64,000 nt of DNA from contig CATNEN010000002.1 of assembly GCA_950097015.1 (NCBI GenBank), positions 8,246,001 through 8,310,000 of the forward strand, written 5' to 3'. The stretch's first letter is position 1; each line of letters opens with the position of its first letter. Below, in pieces: positions 51,124 through 60,830 of this stretch. A program made the translations under genes and the position numbers. This stretch comes from Macrostomum hystrix (taxonomy: Eukaryota; Animalia; Platyhelminthes). The notes under the pieces were generated by a model. That model did no database searches. It was not told where the DNA came from and saw nothing but the letters and a program-made list of their open reading frames with translations.

Positions 51124-54100
51124 GCCGCAGGGCCAGCAGGCAGTCGATGGCGCAGGCGGAAACAAGTCGCCGATTGGCCGCAGCCGAGCCGAGGACCCGG
51201 CGCGCTTCGCTCGCGACTCGGTCCGGCCACCGGCTTGGCAGCAGGCGGAATATCGATGGCGGCTCTAACTGCAGCTGCTGAGTGTCTTCGCCGACCTGAA
51301 ACTCCGGGCGGATGATCATGGTGAGACGGTCCAGCAAGCGAGTGAGGCGCAGTGGAGTCAGCAGTCGATGGCTCACTAGGTGGATGGCCCTGAAGGACAA
51401 TGGGATCAAATTTAAGGATTCGAATAAGGGATCTATAAGGTAGGCTTCGCAGTAGCGATTGCACCAGGGATGACATAAATAACTACACTAGAGACTAAAT
51501 TAGGGATTACACCTGGCAATAGCAATTGGGAAGGGGTTGCATTAAAGATTGGACAATGGATCGCATTAAGGATTTTATTACGGATTTTATCAGGGATCAC
51601 AAAAGGAATTCCATTAAAGATTGCATCAGGTGTTGCATTGGAATTGCATTGCGTGGCATTGGGACTGCATCAGGGAATGGATTATGGATCGTTTTAGGGA
51701 TTGCATTAGGGATTGTATAACTGATTGGATTACGGAATGCATACAGGGTTGCAGTAAAGATTGAATTAGGGATGGTATAAGGAATCTAATTATCAATTGC
51801 ATTAGGGACTGAATTACAGATTGAATTAGGGATTGAATTAGGGATTGCATTAGGGATTGCATTAGGGATTGCATTAAGGGTTCTATTAGGGATTGCATTA
51901 GGGATTGCATTAAAGATTGATTAAGGGTTGTATTAGGGATTGCAATAAAGATTGATAAAAGGTTCTATCAGGGATTGCATTAGGGATTGCATTAAGGGTT
52001 CTATTAGGGATTGCATTAGGGATTGCATTAGGGATTGCATTAAGGGTTGTATTAGGGATTGCATTAAAGATCGATTAAAGGTTGTATTAGGGATTGCATT
52101 CTGGGTTGCTATGAATGCTCATCGACTCAAAGAGACCCAGACTGGGTGTCACAACAGCTGACCACAATGGGGGACTAGCAAGCGTTTGAGTTCATTCGCT
52201 CAAAAGAATGAATTGAGCAGTTAAAAATAACAGAAGCAAACAAGTGCAACAGAAGCAGTTAGAAGTGGAAACCCTTAAAATAACAGACGCTGAAGTGGCT
52301 CGTCACAAAGCCCGAGCTGCGGCAGACAGCGGTTTAAAAAGTTCTTTCAACTGTTGATGACAGATTCAGCAGCCTAACAAACTGACTGAGACTGGCAGTG
52401 CGATTTGAGTTCAACGAGTTTACTGCCTGAGTTTACTGTCTGGTTACAATCAGACGAAAAGTAATTTCAATAGCCACACTCATCGGTAAGCTAGTCACAC
52501 TCATGGGTAATCTAGTCACACTCATGGGTAAGCTAGTCACACTCATGGGTGGGTGAGTCACACTCATGGGTAAGCTAGTCACACTCATGGGTGGGTGAGT
52601 CACACTCATGGGTAAGTTAGTCACACTCATGGGTAAGCTAGTCACACTCATGGGTGGGTGAGTCACACTCATGGGTAAGTTAGTCACACTCATGGGTAAG
52701 CTAGTCACACTCATGGGTAAGCTAGTCACACTCATGGGTAAGCTAGTCACACTCATGGGTAAGCTAGTCACACTCATGGGTAAGCTAGTCACACTCATGG
52801 GTAAGCTAGTCACACTCATGGGTAAGCTAGTCACACTCATGGGTAAGCTAGTCACACTCATGGGTAAGCTAGTCACACTCATGGGTAAGCTAGTCACACT
52901 CATGGGTAGGCTAGTCACACTCATGGGTAAGCTAGTCACACTCATGGGTAGGCTAGTCACACTCATGGGTAAGCTAGTCACACTCATGGGTAGGCTAGTC
53001 ACACTCATGGGTAAGCTAGTCACACTCATGGGTAGGCTAGTCACACTCATGGGTAAGCTAGTCACACTCATGGGTAAGCTAGTCACACTCATGGGTAAGT
53101 TAGTCACACTCATGGGTAGGCTAGTCACACTCATGGGTAGGCTAGTCACACTCATGGGTAAGCTAGTCACACTCATGGGTAAGCTAGTCACACTCATGGG
53201 TAAGCTAGTCACACTCATGGGTAGGCTAGTCACACTCATGGGTAAGCTAGTCACACTCATGGGTAGGCTAGTCACACTCATGGGTAAGCTAGTCACACTC
53301 ATGGGTAAGTTAGTCACACTCATGGGTAAGCTAGTCACACTCATGGGTAAGTTAGTCACACTCATGGGTAAGCTAGTCACACTCATGGGTAAGCTAGTCA
53401 CACTATGGGTAAGCTAGTCACACTCATGGGTGGGTGAGTCACACTATGGGTCGGTGAGTCACACTATGGGTGGGTGAGTCACACTATGGGTCGGTGAGTC
53501 ACACTATGGGTCGGTGAGTCACACTATGGGCCGGTGAGTTACACTATGGGTGGGTGAGTCACACTATGGGTTGGTGAGTCACACTATGGTTTGGTGAGGC
53601 ACACTATGGGTTGGTGAGTCACACTATGGGTTGGTGAGTCACTCATGGGTGGGTGAGTCACACTATGGGTGGGTGAGTCACACTATGGGTGGGTGAGTCA
53701 CACTATGGGTGGGTGAGTCACACTATGGGTGGGTGAGTCACACTATGGGTGGGTGAGTCACACTATGGGTTGGTGAGTCACACTATGGGTTGGTGAGTCA
53801 CACTATGGGTGGGTGAGTCACACTATGGGTGGGTGAGTCACACTATGGGTGGGTGAGTCACACTATGGGTGGGTGAGTCACACTATGGGTGGGTGAGTCA
53901 CACTATGGGTGGGTGAGTCACACTATGGGTGGGTGAGTCACACTATGGGTGGGTGAGTCACACTATGTGGGTGAGTCACACTATGGTTGGGTGAGTCAGT
54001 GCAGGTGACTAAAGTTGGGGTTAGTAAATCAGGCAGTTTGCAGGTAGAGTGGTGAATCTCTATAAGCTAATTACCTGGCAGCCAGCAGAGCGCTGAGCTG

Positions 54101-57100
54101 GCACAGCGGAGTCAGCAGGAGCGGCCATCGCAGACAGTCTGGGCAGTACTGGCCGGCCAGCAGCTGGGTCAGCCGGTAGGCAGTCAACTCAATGTCGCGA
54201 AGCGTCTCAACTGACGAGTCGGACGGCTGGCGCTGGGGCACCGGCCGAAAACTGGGCGGAGAGCCTGCGGGAGAGCGGTAGGTCGGATGATCAGGTTTAC
54301 AATAATATAAATAATAACTGCAGGAGGGCTGCGGGCAATGGCACATCATGTGGTGACAATAGACCAGCAGCCAGCAAAGAGGCAATTGTTTTGTTTGAGG
54401 CAAAACTGTGAAATTGTTTTAGGGGCGCTTAAGTTTAGGTTCGAAAGATGGGTCAAGAAATCCTTCGGAAAGGGATTGTTCAAAGGATTATTTCGAGAGA
54501 TGGATCAGGGGATTTTTCGAGAAATTGGTCATGGGATTCTTTCGAGGGATGTGTTCCAAGGATGGGTCAAGGGATCCTTTGCAAAGGAATGGGTCATGGG
54601 ATTCTTTCGAGGGATGTGTTCCAAGGATGGGTCAAGGGATCCTTTGCAAAGGAATGGGTCATGGGATTCTTTCGAGAGATGTGTTCCAAGGATGGGTCAA
54701 GGGATCCTTTGCAAAGGAATGGGTCATGGGATTCTTTCGAGAGATGTGTTCCAAGGATGGGTCAAGGGATCCTTTGCAAAGGAATGGGTCATGGGATTCT
54801 TTCGAGGGATGTGTTCCAAGGATGGGTCAAGGGATCCTTTGCAAAGGAATGGGTCATGGGATTCTTTCGAGAGATGTGTTCCAAGGATGGGTCAAGGGAT
54901 CCTTTGCAAAGGAATGGGTCATGGTATTCTTTCGAGGGATGTGTTCCAAGGATGGGTCAAGGGATCCTTTGCAAAGGAATGGGTCATGGGATTCTTTCGA
55001 GAGATGTGTTCCAAGGATGGGTCAAGGGATCCTTTGCAAAGGAATGGGTCATGGGATTCTTTCGAGAGATGTGTTCCAAGGATGGGTCAAGGGATCCTTT
55101 GCAAAGGAATGGGTCATGGTATTCTTTCGAGGGATGTGTTCCAAGGATGGGTCAAGGGATCCTTTGCAAAGGAATGGGTCATGGTATTCTTTCGAGGGAT
55201 GTGTTCCAAGGATGGGTCAAGGGATCCTTTGCAAAGGAATGGGTCATGGGATTCTTTCGAGAGATGTGTTCCAAGGATGGGTCAAGGGATCCTTTGCAAA
55301 GGAATGGGTCATGGTATTCTTTCGAGGGATGTGTTCCAAGGATGGGTCAAGGGATCCTTTGCAAAGGAATGGGTCATGGGATTCTTTCGAGGGAAGTGTT
55401 TCAAGGATGGGTCAAGGGATCCTTTGCAAAGGAATGGGTCATGGTATTCTTTCGAGGGATGTGTTCCAAGGATGGGTCAAGGGATCCTTTGCAAAGGAAT
55501 GGGTCATGGTATTCTTTCGAGGGATGTGTTCCAAGGATGGGTCAAGGGATCCTTTGCAAAGGAATGGGTCATGGTATTCTTTCGAGGGATGTGTTCCAAG
55601 GATGGGTCAAGGGATCCTTTGCAAAGGAATGGGTCATGGGATTCTTTCGAGTGATAGTTCTGGCGATAGTATAATATTCGATTACATGAACGGATCTGCT
55701 TAAAATGTGGACTGAAATATTAGGTTCGAAATTTCTAACAATGAAATTAAAAGCAGCAGCAGCCACAGACTTACAGTTGCCTCTGTCCTCAGCGAGCTTC
55801 TCTAGCGTTATCTTCTCAGCTCCGATCAGCTCTGACGCGTAGGGAATCTAAAAGAGCAAAGTCAACAAAAAGTTTAACGATTAAATAGACAAAACTATTT
55901 TTAATACTGAATGCCGTGAGTTAAAGAAAGAAAGCAACGAAACAAATACAAAATGAATGAATTTCCAAGAAAAAAGTTTTTTAATTAAACTGTAGCGACA
56001 TTTATAAAATTTTTACGATAAAAAACTAACGTTGTACAGATTTAGGTGACGCTAAAACTATTGGTGGAAGACAATTTATTATGAATGACTAGCCATGCCT
56101 ATGGGTTAGAGGGTGTTCACCTGAACAGAGAACTCAAACTCCAGCTGAGGCTGAGCAGTATGCTCATCGCGAGCCTCCGAGCTGCTCTCGCCGGCTGCTG
56201 CCTGGGACTCGTCAAACGCGGTTGCGAAAGGGACTGCGCTTGAAGAAGCCGACGAAGTTGAGGTTGCTGAGAAAAACTTTGGCAGAAGATCGGCCACGTC
56301 AGACAGCACCTGGACAATAGACATTGGATTGAGGATTATCGCGATGCAACAATGCCCAACAGCCAGTAGGAATTCGTCGCTACTCACCCGCTCCAGTTTT
56401 GGCTTGATCCCGCCCGGCAAGTCGCCGCCGACATCGACTCCAGGTCCTCCTGGCTGAGCGCCGCTGCTGCCGCAGTCACTGTAGTCCAAGAAGGCCTTCA
56501 GCTCGGCAGAGGCGCAAACCTCGGCAATGTCAATCAGAGCCTTGACGGCGCAGCGGTGCAAGAGGGAGAACATTAGCATACTACTCACAGTACGATAAGT
56601 AGAAAGCTGAATAGAAAGCTGAATAAGATTATTTGTCCATTCACTGCTAAAGAAATTCGTGCATTTAGTTCCAGCCACCAATGGTTAGAAGTTCAGAATT
56701 CGGACTGAGAGGTCAGGAGTTCGAATCTCAGCACGGTGGAAACAATTTCTGTTCCCAATTCACCCAGCTGTAAAACGGGTGCTGGCATTAGCTTCGGCGG
56801 TGCCACTGGCTGTGCATCTTGCCAAACTGAGCAGTAAGTCTACTTTTAGTAGTTTTCATCTCTTCGTGGAAAAAGATTAAGTATAGTCAGCACGCCACTC
56901 AGTGAATGCGTACTGCAGGTGACATTTAAGTTAAGTAGTCACGTTACCGAAGTAATTTGTATTAGTGGTGACAATTATTCAATTGACGAACGGAATGTTA
57001 ATAAGTGGTAAAAAAGAGTCACGGATATAGTCAATATAGCGAATATAGTCACGTGACCAAACGTAGTCACGTGACCAAACGTAGTCACGTGACCAAACGT

Positions 57101-59986
57101 AGTCACGTGACCAAACGTAGTCACGTGACCAAACGTAGTCACGTGACCAAACGTAGTCACGTGACCAAACGTAGTCACGTGACCAAACGTAGTCACGTGA
57201 CCAAACGTAGTCACGTGACCAAACGTAGTCACGTGACAAAACGTAGTCACGTGACCAAATGTAGTCACGTGACCAAACGTAGTCACGTGACCGATCGTAG
57301 CCACGTTACCCTGTGGATGCGAATTAGAGGCAAAAACTAAGTAGTCACGTGACCCAGGTATCGTGTTGTTACCTGCAGGAAGTCGCTGAGCAGCTCGATG
57401 CGCCGGGCGATGCGGGCCTCGTGCATCTCGCCAACCACCAGGCGCGACTTGAAGTCAGGGCCGCGCACCGACTGCAGGCGAGCCCGGTGCCGCCGGCTGG
57501 CACACAGGTCTTTGTACAGGCTTGCGAATTGCTTGTAGCGCCGTTTCACCACGCGCTGGCGGCAGACCACTGTCCGATCCGCTGAGTTTGAGTACCACGC
57601 GAGGTACTGCGGGAGCAGAGATGGAGTCAGCTGATGAATCGATGACTCAAATACCAGGGCCGCATGCACTTTATCTCACCTTCACAATGTACAGAGTGTA
57701 GGCCTTGCCCTTCCTGTCAATCACTTTCTCCGTGCCCAGAATGACAATGTTCTCGAATGGCCGCTGTTGTAAGGCGGCGGCGCCTGCTGCTGCCTCCTCG
57801 GAGGCGGTGATGTTGCCTACAGAGGCGCCTAGATACAGCACAGCAATAACAGTGATTGGGTACATGGATTTTTGTCCTCACAACTATCCCTTATCACAGT
57901 TCTGATTATCCCATTCCCTTCACACAGCTCTGATTATCCCACTCCCTTCCCTCAGTTTTCATATTCCTACGAACTCCCAGGAGCAACTCACTAGCGGCTG
58001 TCCTGAGGGCTCTGGACCCATCGCCTCGCGTTGATCCCGTAGGTTCGGCAGCTGTAACGCCGCTGCTATTGGACGATTTAGTCCTTCTTCTGGACAATGG
58101 CAGCGCGCGCTTTGATCTTCTGAAGTCACCGACTCCGCTGACACCCTCGTGAGCTTCTTCAGCGCCACCAACATCGAAGGTGCCGCTGTCTTCCAGCATT
58201 TCAAGGCCGGGAATGCTGCCTCGGACGCGCAGCTTCAGGAATGCCACCCTGGCCGCCTGGATAATTGTAGAAGACGACTGAGTCAGTTGTCACAGTAGCT
58301 TGAATTCTTGAGTAGATGGAAGCTGATTGAACTGCTGTTTAAAGAATCCTTCCTGAAGCCTACGGAGACAGCCATCCTGAAGCCTACGGAGACATCCTCC
58401 TGAGTCTACGGAGACATCCATCCTGAAGTCTACGGAGACATCCTTCCTGAAGTCTACGGAGACATCCATCCTGAAGTCTACGGAGACATCCATCCTGAAG
58501 TCTACGGAGACATCCATCCTGAAGTCTACGGAGACATCCTTCCTGAAGCCTACGGAGACATCCATCCTGAAGCCTACGGAGACATCCATCCTGAAGTCTA
58601 CGGAGACATCCATCCTGAAGCCTACGGAGACATCCATCCTGAAGTCTACGGAGACATCCATCCTGAAGCCTACGGAGACATCCATCCTGAAGTCTACGGA
58701 GACATCCATCCTGAAGTCTACGGAGACATCCATCCTGAAGCCTACGGAGACATCCATCCTGAAGTCTACGGAGACATCCATCCTGAAGTCTACGGAGACA
58801 TCCATCCTGAAGTCTACGGAGACATCCATCCTGAAGTCTACGGAGACATCCATCCTGAAGTCTACGGAGACATCCTTCCTGAAGCCTACGGATTAGAAGC
58901 CTTCTTATAGCTCTTTCCTGAGGTTTTAGGAAAATCCTTTCTGAAGAAAATTCTTAAGTAAAGCCATGAGCAAAGAAACCTTTTGGTCAGTCTCCGTTTC
59001 CTCGGCGTCATCGTCTCCATCAGCTGCCAGATCGGCCTCATCAGCAGCGGTGTCATCATCAGCCAAGCCAAACAGAGCGACTCGGCCGTCGGAAGCCTCA
59101 CCGGCCGACAGCAACCAGTGCGGCAGGAGGAGCTCAGCTAGGTGCTGGGGCTCAGCCAGGTATGTCACAGCAGGTTTGCACAGCCTGTCACGCAGGGAGT
59201 GCAGCAGCAGCTGGCGCAGCGGGGAGCACGCGAACTCCTGCGCTGGCAGCAGGCGCGAAAGCGCCGAGTTTAGAGAGCCTGAATTGAGCAGGAGGTGAGC
59301 AGTCTCATACTCGTGTATGGCTACTAACAAAAGCAGTCATCTCTAGCTAGCACATGCTCATACAGCTCATAAAGCTACTCAATCTGTCCACCAGAACCTG
59401 TCAGAACTGCCTCGGACGCATTCGACCCGAAGTCCGGCCAGTCGACGATGTCCCGAGTCTCGCCATCTTTCAGTTCGGCGAATCGAGCCGCCAGAAAGTC
59501 GTGCGCCAGGCGGAGCAGGCGGGCGGCCATCGCCGGCCTGTCGCAGGCCTCCGCTCGAGTCAGCAGGCCGGCCGCCATGGCGTCTGCGGCCCGGCCGGCC
59601 TCGGCCAGCGTCAGAGCCACCTCCGGACTGTCCAGCTGATCGGCGACAAGGCGGGTCAACCAGGAGGTCAGGCAGAAGTCCATCACCGCCGACTTCAGCC
59701 TGGCCACGGACTGGCGCAGTTCGACTTCCTGTTGTCGTCGAATCACCGAGGGCGCGTCATCGATTTCGTCGAAAATATCGCCGATGCCGAAGTCGAATCC
59801 GACGACAAGGAGGCAGCGAAGCAGGCGCTCCAGGAATTGGCTGGAGTTGTCGGCCAAGGCGAAAGCCAGGGCGGCGAGGACAAGGGCGATGGCGGCGAGC
59901 AGGGGGGTCGAGCCCTGCCACAGCAGCCTCAGCGCGGAGATCAGCACGCAAGCCGTCAGGACCGAGGAGGCCGCCTTGCAGGTCAT
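51113..59986 (-). CDS. PXA-PX-PXC sorting nexin lacking RGS (SNX19-like; SNX13/14/19/25 family)
   Basis: Exons 59986-59398, 59323-58980, 58256-57992, 57828-57680, 57606-57373, 56540-56121, 55847-55775, 54264-54075 and 51389-51113 (2541 nt, 846 aa, in frame). N-terminal TM hairpin; PXA-like LLPAQEFACSPLRQLL..YLAEPQHL; PX YTLYIVK..VKRRYKQFASLY..RRIELLSDFLQ; Nexin_C-like ANRRLV..IDCLL. Confidence 0.78.
51560..52100. repeat. Degenerate 12-bp repeat containing TTAGGG
   Basis: Unit ATTGCATTAGGG. Confidence 0.85.
52477..53995. repeat. Minisatellite, 21-bp unit grading into a 20-bp unit
   Basis: GTCACACTCATGGGTAAGCTA shifts to GTCACACTATGGGTGGGTGA at about 53420. Confidence 0.96.
54527..55650. repeat. 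Minisatellite, 65-bp unit, about 17 copies
   Basis: Unit GATGTGTTCCAAGGATGGGTCAAGGGATCCTTTGCAAAGGAATGGGTCATGGGATTCTTTCGAGG. Confidence 0.96.
56680..56830 (+). mobile_element. Degenerate SINE family B-like copy in SNX intron
   Basis: GGAGTTCGAATCTC B-box then CACCCAGCTGTAAAACGGG. Confidence 0.55.
57046..57295. repeat. Minisatellite, 18-bp unit, each carrying the palindrome GTCACGTGAC
   Basis: Unit GTAGTCACGTGACCAAAC; 14 copies from 57048 to 57291, plus one isolated copy at 57344-57353. Confidence 0.96.
58352..58889. repeat. Minisatellite, 24-bp unit (SNX intron)
   Basis: Unit CTACGGAGACATCCATCCTGAAGT. Confidence 0.95.
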
Positions 59987-60830
59987 GTCGGATAGGCCAG
60001 CCCTGTCGAGTAGGTCGCAGCTGGTCGCACTGACGCGGGCTGCAAGCACATGTCAGTGTGTCAGTTGACAGTCGCGCCATTCAGCCTCTGTTTTGTCTGA
60101 GTCTACTCAAAACTCACAAGCGAATAAAACAATTCACAGACCGGATTTCTCATTGTACCCCCACGGAGAAGGCAAACTGACTGCATACGCAAGGTAAAAA
60201 CAAAATGATCATTGTATTTAATTAGCACGAATACTGCCAGCAAGATCCTTACAAAGAACAATTAGTCCTGGGTAGATCACAATCAGAAAATAGAGAAGGG
60301 AGAGTTGAAACACAGTTAAATCTGTAGAGTAATCTAACATCAGGATCAACTAACAGTTCACTAGCCTTGAATAATGAGTAATAGCTAAATTGCAAACAGG
60401 AAACCGATCTTTTGTGCAGATGAGAATTTTTCTATTGACAAATTGAATATGCAATTAACATTCAGAGTTCGGAATCAAACAAAAAAATTATCGAGCGAAG
60501 TAATAATAAAAGAATTAAAACATTCGAATTTGATAATAATAAAACACGAACCCTGACCGCTCCTTTCCCGTGTGCTTCTACGTGTGGCGGCTCTTAAATG
60601 GGCCGTTTTAGTGATTTCATGTTTTTGTATGTGTTTTTTTGCGCAAGTGTGGCGACTTATCTAAAAGTAATACGATTGATAAAAGCTGACCCAGAATGCA
60701 CTGGGCAGCGACTATCGCAAAATAAAGCGCGTGCTCACAGCCCTGCATAATATTGTTTCCAAGGGCCTAAAATATTAATAAAACAGAAAAAGCATTCAGA
60801 CAGGCACATACTACTGCTGTGCGGCTGAGG

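Noticed and set aside
52433-53417. 322-aa (MSVTSLP)n and 248-aa (MGKLVTL)n ORFs
   Set aside because: Pure 21-bp minisatellite with no synonymous-type variation or flanking coding context.
54338-55703. Three overlapping ~400-aa plus-strand ORFs
   Set aside because: Translation of a stop-free 65-bp minisatellite that cycles through all frames; lies antisense within an SNX intron.
57046-57295. CRISPR-like regular palindromic arrays (also 54527-55650)
   Set aside because: No unique spacers, no cas genes, eukaryotic intron context.
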